Shown here piece after piece: positions 1 to 9,369 of a stretch of DNA of 29,220 bases; position 1 is the stretch's first letter; every line of letters begins with the position of its first letter. Made by a program: the position numbers and the translations under genes. The notes beneath the pieces were generated by a model that was not told the origin of the DNA, searched no databases, and saw only the letters and a list, made by a program, of their open reading frames with translations. Source of the stretch: an uncultured virus (IMG/VR IMGVR_UViG_3300032287_001571) (taxonomy: Duplodnaviria; Heunggongvirae; Uroviricota; Caudoviricetes); the IMG/VR virus record IMGVR_UViG_3300032287_001571. The stretch is one strand, 5' to 3'.

Positions 1-342
1 TCCAACGGTTCTACTGCTCATAAGTACCTCGCTACCGAGAAGGCGTCCGTCGTGTACGGACATATCCACAGGAGGGAATGGGCCGAGCGTACCCGCAACG
101 ACTGGGACGGGGCAAAGACTATCGCCGCCATCTCTTTCGGCTGTCTGGCCCGTGTGGACGGTGCCGTGCCGTCCACGAAGGGTGGCTCCGACCTTGACGG
201 TCGCCCCATCACCTGCGTGGAGGACTGGCAACAGGGACTCGGAATCATCCGCTACAAGGAGGGTGACGGCCCGTTTCATCCTGAAATGCTCCCCATCCAC
301 GATGGAGTCATGTTCTACAAGGGCAAGGTGTTTGGCGAGTGA
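1..342 (+). CDS. Metallophosphoesterase (calcineurin-like), C-terminal part; 5' truncated
   Basis: Frame 1 is open from base 1 (SNGSTAHKYLATEKASVVYGHIHR...). Contains a GHxHR motif, GCL and a WQQG motif typical of phage phosphoesterases. Stop overlaps the next start (GTGA). Confidence 0.65.
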   Translation, partial: SNGSTAHKYLATEKASVVYGHIHRREWAERTRNDWDGAKTIAAISFGCLARVDGAVPSTKGGSDLDGRPITCVEDWQQGLGIIRYKEGDGPFHPEMLPIHDGVMFYKGKVFGE

Positions 343-956
343 CAACCATTGTCGGTATCCAAGGAGACAACTATGCTCTGGTGGCCACCGACAGTAGGGT
401 CTCGTCCATAGACGAGTCAGGGTTCGCTTTCCAGATAACGACTCTCGGGTCTGGCACCTCCAAGGTGGCAGTCAACGGGAAGTACATTCTGGGGGCGGCT
501 GGTGATGTCAGGGCCATCAACATCCTGCACCACGCCTTCGTACCCCCCGCTCCACCAGCCAACTCCTACGGTAGGAAACTGGACCAGTTCATCACCAGAC
601 AGTTTATTCCGTCATTGAGACATGTCTTTGATGAGCAGGGTTACTCTTTGCCCGAGCGTGATAGTTCTAGTCACCTTGCGGAACATTCTTCAACAATTGT
701 TGTTGTAGTCCATGGCACTTTATACATCATTGAAGGTGATTACTCATGGACATCGGATACTTCGGGCATTTACTCAATTGGGACAGGGTCATCGTATGCC
801 CTTGGCGCCTTGCAGGCTTTAATTGGCGGTAAGAAACTGACCCCCCAGCAGGCCAAGACTGTCGCCGTAAAGGCGCTGACTGTGGCCAGCAAGTTTGACC
901 CCTACACGGGAGCCCCGTTCCAGTCGTATGTTCAAGAACGGGAAGCCAAAAAATAG
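339..956 (+). CDS. HslV/proteasome beta-subunit-like Ntn threonine protease
   Basis: Begins M-TTIVG (Thr1 exposed after Met removal); ATDSR motif, SKV lysine, AGD, SIGTGSSYALGAL (GSG-equivalent) and C-terminal DPYTG. Confidence 0.8.
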   Translation: MTTIVGIQGDNYALVATDSRVSSIDESGFAFQITTLGSGTSKVAVNGKYILGAAGDVRAINILHHAFVPPAPPANSYGRKLDQFITRQFIPSLRHVFDEQGYSLPERDSSSHLAEHSSTIVVVVHGTLYIIEGDYSWTSDTSGIYSIGTGSSYALGALQALIGGKKLTPQQAKTVAVKALTVASKFDPYTGAPFQSYVQEREAKK

Positions 957-962
957 TACAAT
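957..962 (+). promoter_or_regulatory. Putative -10 box (TACAAT) for a leaderless transcript
   Basis: TACAAT lies 6 nt before ATG 969, with no SD in between. Confidence 0.45.
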
Positions 963-968
963 TGGCGC

Positions 969-1289
969 ATGGCACTTAATTCACAGGTCACCGACCAGAC
1001 CATCAAAGGCACCGCTGTCGGCGCTATCGCCTACTTCCTGGCCAAGTTCAACATTGACCCAGGCGCACAAGCCGCTCTCATGCCCGTCATCATCACTGGT
1101 CTGGCCTGGGCCAGCACCAAGGTTGGCGACCCCACGCAGGCGTCTTTCCTCGCCAAGGCATCCAAGGAACTCCCTGCCCTTGTGGAGGAAGTGACTGAGG
1201 CTGTTGAGGAGAAGAAGGCTGTGGCAAAGAAGGCCCCAGCCAAGAAGGCCGCACCTGCTAAGAAGGCTCCTGCAAAGCCAGCCAAGTAA
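969..1289 (+). CDS. Small membrane protein (possible holin-like) with histone-H1-like KKAPAKK tail
   Basis: Two hydrophobic segments, then acidic EEVTEAVEE, then KKAVAKKAPAKKAAPAKKAPAKPAK. Confidence 0.6.
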   Translation: MALNSQVTDQTIKGTAVGAIAYFLAKFNIDPGAQAALMPVIITGLAWASTKVGDPTQASFLAKASKELPALVEEVTEAVEEKKAVAKKAPAKKAAPAKKAPAKPAK

Positions 1290-1951
1290 TGGCAAGCAAA
1301 AAGAAGGTTTCCTCAGACTGGGCGTTCCCTAAGTCTGACCCCGAGCAAATCGCTGAGGTCACCAAGAAGCAGGGTGGCGCCACCGTGGACATGACCACTG
1401 GCAAGTTGATGGAAACGGGGACATATGTGTCTGTTCCTGGTCATGAGAAGCGTGTCCCCGCTGAGGGATTGTCTGCGGAAGACATCAAGGAGTACTCCTC
1501 CAATCCCGAAACAGTCTCTGCTTTAACGGAGAATGCAGAACGGAAACTTGGGACATGGATTGACACCGACGAAAAGGGCAGGCCGACTGCCTTCATGGAT
1601 GTGTCGCAGGGATTCCCCAACACACCTGTTGGTAACAAGAACGCTCGTCTGGCAATGTTGGCCAACAACCAGTTTGCTGGATTCAACCTTGACACCTTCC
1701 AGTCGGAATACAACCCTGTTCAGGAAAGTGTTTTGGGCAGGGCGGGTGGAGCGCCTGAATTGCAAGAGGGAGAGGCCGAGCGCTGGGGCAATTCAACCAA
1801 GCCAATCGGTGAAGAAATAGTATATGCTTGGACAACCGAACCACAGCGAATTAGCCAAGGTAGGGGCCGTCGTAAGCATGTCATTCCTGCGAACCAAGGC
1901 ACATTTATCTTCACAGGCGACAGCGGTCAGATGTCGCCCCCCAAAAAATAA
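1289..1951 (+). CDS. Hypothetical phage protein
   Basis: 220 aa ORF coupled by a TAATG overlap; motifs GGAT..G.YVS..G.E, LGTW, MDVS, NQFA. Confidence 0.75.
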   Translation: MASKKKVSSDWAFPKSDPEQIAEVTKKQGGATVDMTTGKLMETGTYVSVPGHEKRVPAEGLSAEDIKEYSSNPETVSALTENAERKLGTWIDTDEKGRPTAFMDVSQGFPNTPVGNKNARLAMLANNQFAGFNLDTFQSEYNPVQESVLGRAGGAPELQEGEAERWGNSTKPIGEEIVYAWTTEPQRISQGRGRRKHVIPANQGTFIFTGDSGQMSPPKK

Positions 1952-1964
1952 GGGCAGTAACTAA

Positions 1965-3656
1965 ATGGCAATGGATTTTTGGTCACCGTCTTACCGAGCG
2001 GCTTCTTCTGACCTCACGGTTGCTATTTCCCCCCTTGGTCTGGTTGAACTCGCAGACGAAGAGTTTGAGGTTCATGGCCCCCGTCTGAATCGCTATGCCG
2101 CCGCTTGGGCTTGGTACCTCGGTCACCACTGGTCGTATCGCCGAGAGATGGGCGAGTCCCAGTTCTACATGAACTATGTCCGCACCATGTCGGACTACAT
2201 CACCAACTTCTGTTTCGGCAAAGGCATCCAGTTCCGTTGTCCTGAGGCCAACTCCGCCATTATCCCCAGGCTGTTGGCAGATGTGTGGGAAGTCCACAAC
2301 CACAAGCACTATGTGTTGTGGGAGATGGGTCAATTAGCATCTGTGACTGGTGACTGCTTTGTCAAGGTTGCTTACGAGGAGCCCTATGTGGATGCCGTGG
2401 GCGTCCCAGTTGCTGGTCGCATCCGTGTCATCCCGCTGAACCCAGCGCACTGCTTCCCTGAGTACCACCCACACGACAGAGACAGGCTTCTTCGTTTCAA
2501 ACTTAAGTACCGTTTCTGGGGTACCTCTCCAGAGGGAACTCGTCAGGTCTACACCTTCACCGAGATTCTTTCCGATGACCTCATTCAACAGTTCATCAAC
2601 GACGAACTGGTGGACGAATACCCCAACGCCCTCGGCCAGATTCCTGTCGTACACATCCCAAACACATCAATCTCCTCTTCACCATGGGGTCAGTCAGACA
2701 TCTGGGACATCATTCCCCTCAACCGTGAACTCAACGAGAAGATGCTTGAGGTCTCCGACATCATCAACTACCACGCCGCACCCGTCACCATTATCACTGG
2801 CGCCAAGGCTTCCCAACTGGAGCGTGGTCCCAAGAAGGTCTGGGCAGGTCTCCCCAAGGATGCCAGCGTCTTCAACCTTGAATCCCGTGGTGAGATGTCG
2901 GGTGCGCTGGAGTACATCCAGTTCCTGAAGCGCACCATGCACGAAATCACTGGAGTCCCAGAGACGGCGCTCGGTCAGTTCCAGCCCGTTTCCAACACCT
3001 CTGGCGTGGCCCTTGCCATCCAGTACCAGCCAATGATGAACCGCTTCATGATGAAGAAGGTCCATTTCACCAAGGGGTTGGAGAAAGTAAACGAGTTAAT
3101 TATTCGCACTGCGGCTGTCTTTGAGCCCCAGATGCTGGTCTACGACCCGTCCCGTTCGGCCATGCCAGAGCGTGACCAGTTGACCCAACTTGACCCCCTT
3201 GACCCGAACACCTACAAGACCACCGTGCATTGGCCCGAGCCACTGCCTGTGGATGTCCTCATCAAACTCAACGAGGTCCAGGCCAAGATGGGTCTCGGCC
3301 TTGAGTCCAAGCGTGGCGCCCTGCGCATCCTTGGCGAGGAGTTCCCGAACGAGAAGATGGACGAAATCTTTGAGGAGTTGCAGGATGACGCTATGGACCA
3401 GGGTGCCCTGGACATGATGCGTGCCCAAATCCAGCAGGCCATCATGCTGGCAACGGGAATGATTGCTGGTCCTGGCGGACCAGAAACGGCGTCTGCTGGA
3501 GGTGCTAATGTGTCACCAGCAAACGGTTCTCCAGAGGAAGGTCCACTGCCTGGTCCAGTGGTCAGTCCTATGGAGGAGCAAATGGTAAATCAATTAGTAG
3601 CAAAGGCTTACGGAGCCAGATTCGCCCAGCGACGGGTGCCTGGTGAAGAAGACTAA
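1965..3656 (+). CDS. Portal protein (SPP1 gp6-like)
   Basis: 563 aa; NYVRTMSD, TGDCFVKV, IPVVHIPN...WGQSDI and NTSGVAL motifs; lies upstream of scaffold and capsid. Confidence 0.9.
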   Translation: MAMDFWSPSYRAASSDLTVAISPLGLVELADEEFEVHGPRLNRYAAAWAWYLGHHWSYRREMGESQFYMNYVRTMSDYITNFCFGKGIQFRCPEANSAIIPRLLADVWEVHNHKHYVLWEMGQLASVTGDCFVKVAYEEPYVDAVGVPVAGRIRVIPLNPAHCFPEYHPHDRDRLLRFKLKYRFWGTSPEGTRQVYTFTEILSDDLIQQFINDELVDEYPNALGQIPVVHIPNTSISSSPWGQSDIWDIIPLNRELNEKMLEVSDIINYHAAPVTIITGAKASQLERGPKKVWAGLPKDASVFNLESRGEMSGALEYIQFLKRTMHEITGVPETALGQFQPVSNTSGVALAIQYQPMMNRFMMKKVHFTKGLEKVNELIIRTAAVFEPQMLVYDPSRSAMPERDQLTQLDPLDPNTYKTTVHWPEPLPVDVLIKLNEVQAKMGLGLESKRGALRILGEEFPNEKMDEIFEELQDDAMDQGALDMMRAQIQQAIMLATGMIAGPGGPETASAGGANVSPANGSPEEGPLPGPVVSPMEEQMVNQLVAKAYGARFAQRRVPGEED

Positions 3657-3717
3657 CGATTAAACAGACGAACTATTACCCAAGTCAATATCAGCCAAAC
3701 CAACGAGGTAGTCAATC

Positions 3718-4521
3718 ATGGCAAAGAGCACAGCCCCTGAAGGGGACATCATCAGCATTCCCAAGGACGCTCCGCAAGTGGAGCAGTTCGTGGAGGACGC
3801 ACTGAAGAAGACAAGCACCAAGGTCTTCACCGAGGAGGATGTTGAGAGCATCCGCAAGCAGGAAAAAGACAAGATGTACAAGCGTCTTGAGGAAGCCGAC
3901 CTCCGTGTGAAGTCCATGGAAGAGCAGATGGCCACCATCGCCGCAGAGCGTGAGGCCGCAAAGAAGGAAGCGGAAGAGCGGGCCACCAAGGAAGCCGAAC
4001 TTCTCCGTCAGCGTGAGATTGAGGAAATGAGCGCCAAGGAACTCCTCCTGAAGAAGGAAGACGAGTTCAACCAGCGCATCAACTCCGTTGAGCAGGAGTG
4101 GCAGGAGCGCCTCGCCAGCATTGAGTCACAGCGTCAGGCACAGGAGGCTCTCCTTGAGAAGGAGCGCCAACTCCAGGCACTGTCTCACTACCGCAACCAG
4201 CGAATTCAGCAAGAGCAGGAAAGCATTATCCCCGAACTGATTGACCTGGTGACAGGCAATACGGAGGAGGAGATTGAAAACTCCATTTCCGTACTCAGGG
4301 ACCGTTCTTCTGCTATTATTGAATCAATCCAGCAGGCGACTGCGGCCACCCAAGGTCGTCTGAGGGGGGCGCCCGTTACGGCACCCCCCGTTGGGCCAAT
4401 GGAAACTCAAACGGAATACCAGCAACTGTCAGCGGATGATATCCGCAATATGTCAATGGAACAGTACGCAAAAATGAGGGAACGGCTCCTGAATGCACGG
4501 TCTCCACGAGGCCGTTTCTAA
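3718..4521 (+). CDS. Capsid scaffolding protein
   Basis: Charged coiled coil, FTEEDV motif, C-terminal DIRNMSMEQYAKMRERLL; between portal and capsid. Confidence 0.8.
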   Translation: MAKSTAPEGDIISIPKDAPQVEQFVEDALKKTSTKVFTEEDVESIRKQEKDKMYKRLEEADLRVKSMEEQMATIAAEREAAKKEAEERATKEAELLRQREIEEMSAKELLLKKEDEFNQRINSVEQEWQERLASIESQRQAQEALLEKERQLQALSHYRNQRIQQEQESIIPELIDLVTGNTEEEIENSISVLRDRSSAIIESIQQATAATQGRLRGAPVTAPPVGPMETQTEYQQLSADDIRNMSMEQYAKMRERLLNARSPRGRF

Positions 4522-4558
4522 CACAACCCAAATCCCCTAATTTCAAAGGAGAACCCCC

Positions 4559-5629
4559 ATGGCCTACCCAGGTCCCGCAGGCGGAGCAGTCACCACCGCA
4601 GGTGCAACTACCGCAACTGGATACTCGTCTGGCGAGTACCTCAGCCCAGCAATTCAGACCATCTGGTCCAAGGAGATTCTGTTCCAGGCGATGCCCGTGC
4701 TTCGCTTTGAGCAGTTCGCCGTCAAGAAGACGGAGTTGGGCGTCATGCCTGGTCTCACCATCAACTTCATGCGTTACAACAACCTCGCAGTCAACGAGAC
4801 CTCGGGCGCAGAGTTGACGGAAGGTACCCGCATGGAGCCAGTGGCTCTGTCGTCCAGCCAGATTCAAATCACCGTCAAGGAGCAGGGCAAGGCAGTCTCG
4901 GTCACCGAACTCCTCCTCAACGCTTCGTTTGACGATGTGATGGCTTCGGCTTCCCGCCTCCTCGGTCGCCACATGGCCCAGAGCATGGACATCCAGGCCC
5001 GCAACACGCTGTACGCCGCTGGCGTGCCGTTCGGTGGCGGTTCTGCTGTCGCTCCTTCGGTCGTCTTCGGTCGCACCGTTCCTTCCACCCGTGGCGCCCT
5101 GGCACCCTACGGCTACAACGCCGCTGGCAACTCTGGTGCTCCTGGCTACATGTCGCCTGCAACCATCAAGGACGCTGTGGAGATTCTGGCTGGCCAGAAC
5201 ATCCCACGCCTCGGTGACACCTATGTGTGCTTCGTGAACCCAGCCCAGAGCCGCTCCATCCGTGACTGGCCAGAGTTCATTGAGGTCACGAAGTACGCCG
5301 CTCCTGGCAACTTCATGCTCGGTGAAATCGGCCGTCTGTACGATGTGGTGTTCATTGAGACCACGCAGGTCAAGTCGGGCCTCGGTCAGGTTGACTCCAA
5401 CCCAGCAACGAGCACCCGTGACGCAGTTCTCAGCAACTCGTACTCAGCAATCATGATTGGTGACAACGCCTTCGGTCAGGCCATCGCCCTTCCAGTGGAA
5501 CTCCGTGACGGCGGTGTGATTGACTTCGGTCGTGAGCACGGTCTGTCCTGGTACGCCATCTGGGGCTTCGGCGTCATCACGCACGAGAGCCGTGTCATCA
5601 TCAACACCCTCGGCGGTGCCATCGCCTGA
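4559..5629 (+). CDS. Major capsid protein (N4-gp56 family, HK97 fold)
   Basis: 356 aa; LTEG, KEQG, GEIGRLYDVVFIET, DFGRE..WY motifs; strong codon bias; GGAG RBS. Confidence 0.9.
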   Translation: MAYPGPAGGAVTTAGATTATGYSSGEYLSPAIQTIWSKEILFQAMPVLRFEQFAVKKTELGVMPGLTINFMRYNNLAVNETSGAELTEGTRMEPVALSSSQIQITVKEQGKAVSVTELLLNASFDDVMASASRLLGRHMAQSMDIQARNTLYAAGVPFGGGSAVAPSVVFGRTVPSTRGALAPYGYNAAGNSGAPGYMSPATIKDAVEILAGQNIPRLGDTYVCFVNPAQSRSIRDWPEFIEVTKYAAPGNFMLGEIGRLYDVVFIETTQVKSGLGQVDSNPATSTRDAVLSNSYSAIMIGDNAFGQAIALPVELRDGGVIDFGREHGLSWYAIWGFGVITHESRVIINTLGGAIA

Positions 5630-5649
5630 TAATCTCGGGCACATGATTT

Positions 5650-5690
5650 GTGGGGGGAACGGCGCAAGCCTAGTACCCCCACTTATTCAT
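5650..5690 (+). terminator. Hairpin / probable terminator after the capsid gene
   Basis: GTGGGGG...GGC-GCAA-GCC...CCCCCAC stem with a GNRA loop, followed by TTATTC. Confidence 0.5.
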
Positions 5691-5721
5691 CTACACACTC
5701 ACATTCACTAAAGGAGCCATC

Positions 5722-5985
5722 ATGGCAACAAAGAAGAAGTCCGATTCCACTCCCGATGAGTTCGTTGAGGCAGAGGTCGCTGAGGTCGTTGAAGAGACCA
5801 CTGAGGCGCCAGCCAAGGTCGTTGCACCTGGTGCGCCAGAGACCAAGAAGGGTCGTGTCAAGGGCACTTGGCGCATGCACTGGGGTAGCCAAGTCTTTGA
5901 CTTTGAGGATGGGAAGACCTACGACCTCCCCGCTGGTCTGCATGACCACCTGCGCACCTACGGGAACATTTACGACACCCTCTAA
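5722..5985 (+). CDS. Hypothetical protein (probable head-associated)
   Basis: 87 aa; AAGGAG RBS; follows the capsid gene. Confidence 0.75.
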   Translation: MATKKKSDSTPDEFVEAEVAEVVEETTEAPAKVVAPGAPETKKGRVKGTWRMHWGSQVFDFEDGKTYDLPAGLHDHLRTYGNIYDTL

Positions 5986-6007
5986 ACCAAAAAGGCCGAG
6001 ATAACCG

Positions 6008-7408
6008 ATGGCTGGCTTTACCATTCCCAATACCCCTGATGCCTACAACCAGAATCAGGCGGAGCCAGACTCGTTGGATTTCCAGATTCTCGGCAACCAC
6101 GGCAATGCCGTTGTCAGCGGTTGTGAGGTAACTCCTGGTCCATCAGGGGCCACCGTTGCGGTATCTGCTGGAGAGGTCATTGTCAACGGCGTTCACTACC
6201 CAGTGTCCGCCTCTGTTTCCCTGTCCCTGACTGCCTACGCCTCGTCACCATTCTTTGACATTGTCGTTGGTCGGTTGTCTAGCGGAACCATCAGCCTTGT
6301 GGTCCTCCCTGGTACCTCAGGCGCAAACCCCGTCTACCCGACCATTACCAGCAACGATGTTGTCTTGGCGGCTGTGTGGCGCCCAGCCAACACCACGCCT
6401 ACGACGGCCATGATTGTTGACAAGAGGCTCCTTGTCCCCACTACCACCAACAGGGTGTCTTCTGGAGTCCCCTCGTCAGGAACGGGTGCTAACGGGGAGA
6501 CCCATGTCAACTCCTCGTGGACTGTGGATGCCACCCTTGCTGGCCCTTTGTCCGTCAAGGTTGGCGGAACCTGGTACCAGGTTGCTCGTTATTCCAGCAA
6601 CTTCACCGCTGGCACCGTCACCGCTACTTCGTTCGTTGGTGCATTAACTGGTAACGCTTCCACCGCAACTTATGCAACTTCTGCTGGTAGCGCAACGACG
6701 GCGACTACTGCAACGACGGCGACTACTGCCAACAGTGTTGCGTGGACCAATGTGACAGGCAAGCCAACCAACTTTGTCTACAGTGACGGGGGCACCTACA
6801 GCATCAACATTACTGGTAACGCCGCTACCGTAACCAACGGTGTCTACAACAATGGTGGCACCTACAGCATCAACATTACTGGCTCGGCGGAGGTCGGGGG
6901 CCGCTTGACCAACAGCGTCAATGTGGACCCCCTGGGCGGGCCTTATCTTGGCTGGAGCAACACATTCAACGGATTCACTGTTGAAGGTAGTTTCCGTGTC
7001 ACCAGTTCTAACTTCTACCTGACTGGTCTGGGAACCACTGGTTCTGCCGCCAACCTGCGACAATTAGCAGACGGTCGCATTGCTGTATTTACATCTTTGC
7101 GTAAGTACAAAGAAGATATTCAATCTTTTGATAATGCGCTTAATGTTGTTAACAGTTTGACACCCCGTACCTTCAAAATGAAGCCGCAGGAATCTGACGG
7201 TGTTATTGAAAAGTATGAGTACGACAATAGTGTTAACCACGGTTTTATTGTGGAAGAAATACTTGAAATTGCCCCACAATTGATTGATTATGGCATTGTC
7301 AACAACGAAATTAAACCCCGTTCGTGGAAGACCACTGACCTTATAGCCATACTTACAAAAGCAGTTCAAGAACTTTCGGCACGGCTTGAAGCACTAGAGG
7401 CGCAGTAA
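6008..7408 (+). CDS. Fibre/appendage protein with C-terminal intramolecular chaperone (peptidase S74)
   Basis: N-terminal VVSGCEV..VAVSAG structural domain; T/A-rich GNASTAT shaft repeats; C-terminal S-LRKYKEDI...GFIVEE...KAVQELSARLEALE. Confidence 0.8.
   Translation: MAGFTIPNTPDAYNQNQAEPDSLDFQILGNHGNAVVSGCEVTPGPSGATVAVSAGEVIVNGVHYPVSASVSLSLTAYASSPFFDIVVGRLSSGTISLVVLPGTSGANPVYPTITSNDVVLAAVWRPANTTPTTAMIVDKRLLVPTTTNRVSSGVPSSGTGANGETHVNSSWTVDATLAGPLSVKVGGTWYQVARYSSNFTAGTVTATSFVGALTGNASTATYATSAGSATTATTATTATTANSVAWTNVTGKPTNFVYSDGGTYSINITGNAATVTNGVYNNGGTYSINITGSAEVGGRLTNSVNVDPLGGPYLGWSNTFNGFTVEGSFRVTSSNFYLTGLGTTGSAANLRQLADGRIAVFTSLRKYKEDIQSFDNALNVVNSLTPRTFKMKPQESDGVIEKYEYDNSVNHGFIVEEILEIAPQLIDYGIVNNEIKPRSWKTTDLIAILTKAVQELSARLEALEAQ
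6692..6882 (+). repeat. Intragenic repeats in the fibre shaft
   Basis: 18-bp tandem GCAACGACGGCGACTACT x2 (6692-6727); GGCACCTACAGCATCAACATTACTGG twice at a 66-bp period (VYxxGGTYSINITG). Confidence 0.85.
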
Positions 7409-7563
7409 TGGAAGAGGTTGACCGACTCCCGAAGCCTGCGGGAACGGTGGCTGACATCACCAGAGTCCGTTCTGTGATGCCCCCACGGCACAGGGAGCAA
7501 CAGCCGCAACTGAACCAGCCTTACCTGGACACCCTTCCTGGCACGGGCTCTGGAGACCAGTAG
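7408..7563 (+). CDS. Small hypothetical protein (51 aa), absent from the ORF track
   Basis: MEEVDRLPKPAGTVADITRVRSVMPPRHREQQPQLNQPYLDTLPGTGSGDQ*; TAATG coupling; fills the gap almost exactly. Confidence 0.6.
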   Translation: MEEVDRLPKPAGTVADITRVRSVMPPRHREQQPQLNQPYLDTLPGTGSGDQ

Positions 7564-7571
7564 AATAGAAC

Positions 7572-8375
7572 ATGGCTACTTTGACCCCCCTAGAGCACAC
7601 AGTGCAGTTGGCACGGAACTACCTCCGTGATTTCCCCAAGTTCTTTCAGGTGTCGTTTGACGCCGTGGGGCGCACCTACGAACTGGGCAACCCCAACATT
7701 GACATTGATTCCCTGTGGGTCGCCACGGTGGTCGGCTCCACGGTCACCGAACTGACATCAGCACAGTACTCCTTGGACCAGAGAAACGGTATTATCCGAC
7801 TGGCATCAACCCCCACGAGCGGTGCCCGCATCATGGTGGAGGGGTACTACTACGAGTGGCTTCTGCCGTCAGACCTGGAGTTCTACGCCGAGCGCTCCAT
7901 CAACTTCCATACCCCCACGATTAACATCCCCCTTGAGCAGGCTAACCAAGCAGTTCTGGATGTGATTGGTCTGGGTGCGTTGGTAGAGGCGCTCCAGGCG
8001 CTCATGACCGAGTTTGCCAGGGACATTGATGTGATGACCTCAGAATCCATTCACATCCCTGGCTCACAGCGGTTCCGCATGCTTCAGGCACTGGTTGGAC
8101 AATGGGAAGTGGAGTATCGCAAGCATGCCAACAACCTGAACATCGGTCCAGAGCGTATTGACCAGTTCAGCCTGCGCCGTGTGTCCCGTACCACGAACCG
8201 CCTTGTTCCCCTGTACCAATCCAAGGAGTTCGGGGACTACGGCCCGATGGAGCGCATCTTTGCCGAGCCTTCCGAGGGCCATATCCTTATTGAAGAGGCG
8301 GACGAGCCGTTGCGTGAGGATGTCTTGATTGACACCGACCCACCGACCGCCTACACGAGCAACGCTTACTACTGA
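7572..8375 (+). CDS. Putative head-tail adaptor/neck protein
   Basis: 267 aa between head and tail genes; YSLDQRNGIIRL beta insert plus helical C-terminal part. Confidence 0.55.
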   Translation: MATLTPLEHTVQLARNYLRDFPKFFQVSFDAVGRTYELGNPNIDIDSLWVATVVGSTVTELTSAQYSLDQRNGIIRLASTPTSGARIMVEGYYYEWLLPSDLEFYAERSINFHTPTINIPLEQANQAVLDVIGLGALVEALQALMTEFARDIDVMTSESIHIPGSQRFRMLQALVGQWEVEYRKHANNLNIGPERIDQFSLRRVSRTTNRLVPLYQSKEFGDYGPMERIFAEPSEGHILIEEADEPLREDVLIDTDPPTAYTSNAYY

Positions 8376-8911
8376 TGGATATCCGCAGAGAAGTAGGGCT
8401 AATCCGCAAGCACTACCGCCAGTACCAGACCACCAACGGCGAGACGGTGGTGTGGTTTGAGTTTCTGCCCCTGGGAACCAATACATCCACCTCTTCCGTG
8501 TACGACGATGTGTACGACGAAGGTACCCCTGGTACTGGTGGTCGCAAATACAAAACAGGAGTTGTGGTCCCTGTCCTGATGATTACAGAGGCTGAGGACC
8601 AGAAGCGCTCCATTCCAGAAGGCCGTCAGGCGGTCCAGTTGGCCAACTTTGTGGCCTCCATCCAAGACTTCAGGGATGCTGGCGTCACCGCTCCTTATGA
8701 ATACAAGAGCCACCTGAACGACATGTTCCTGTACGACGGACGGTACTTCTCGGTGGTGTCCTACCGTGTCCGTGGTCGTGCCAAGGACGACATGCTGGTG
8801 GTCGTGGAGGGCATTGAGGTCTACATCAACCAGGAAATGCCCTTTGACACAGGTCCCGAGGCATACAGCAACCAGAACCTTCCCTGGCCAGCCACGCTTC
8901 CCCAACTCTGA
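8375..8911 (+). CDS. Putative head-closure/stopper protein
   Basis: 178 aa; YDDVYDEG and D.FLYDGRYFSV beta-rich pattern; synteny. Confidence 0.5.
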   Translation: MDIRREVGLIRKHYRQYQTTNGETVVWFEFLPLGTNTSTSSVYDDVYDEGTPGTGGRKYKTGVVVPVLMITEAEDQKRSIPEGRQAVQLANFVASIQDFRDAGVTAPYEYKSHLNDMFLYDGRYFSVVSYRVRGRAKDDMLVVVEGIEVYINQEMPFDTGPEAYSNQNLPWPATLPQL

Positions 8912-8973
8912 TAAAATTGGTTTAACCTTGGTGAGCGCCAAGGGGTCCAACGCCTAGTGCCCGTAGGGGAAGC

Positions 8974-9369
8974 ATGACCTCTCTACAATCGCATACTTCC
9001 ACGGGTACTAAGCCAGTTATCTCGGGATACTTTTCCGTTGCTTCGGCATACGAAGAAGTGGTCGCAAACCTGGATGCCTACATCGCCAATACTTTGCGAA
9101 GCATCTCCGAGGAAGAAGAACTGTCGTTCAAAAACCGTTTGAATGAGACCCCCGACTGGAAACATGCGCAGGAAAACGCTCGGGTATCCCTGACCGAGTC
9201 CAGTATTGAGTTTTCCGTGGACCACGAGGATGCTCAAGACCTTGAGTATGGTAACCCTATGACCAAGCGTGTGGCTTCTGGCCTCATCCGCTCGCAGACC
9301 AAGAGGCGGGCAGACGAGATTGGGCCTGGTCTGGCTACTCGTATTATTGAGGAGGCCCTGGGTGCCTAA
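8974..9369 (+). CDS. Hypothetical neck-region protein
   Basis: 131 aa; LEYG motif near the C-terminus is reminiscent of HK97-gp10-like proteins. Confidence 0.55.
   Translation: MTSLQSHTSTGTKPVISGYFSVASAYEEVVANLDAYIANTLRSISEEEELSFKNRLNETPDWKHAQENARVSLTESSIEFSVDHEDAQDLEYGNPMTKRVASGLIRSQTKRRADEIGPGLATRIIEEALGA

Noticed and set aside
6776..6882. Fibre repeats as a DGR template/variable pair
   Set aside because: Short in-frame structural repeats, no adenine-specific mismatch pattern and no reverse transcriptase in the window
8912..8973. Possible tRNA or ncRNA in the intergenic gap
   Set aside because: Only short hairpins (CCTTGG/CCAAGG); too short, with no cloverleaf or T-loop motif
9269..9361. 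ORF-track start at 9269 (likewise 25823 and 26520)
   Set aside because: Downstream starts at 9362, 25754 and 26532 have an RBS or stop/start coupling; the first two also avoid long overlaps
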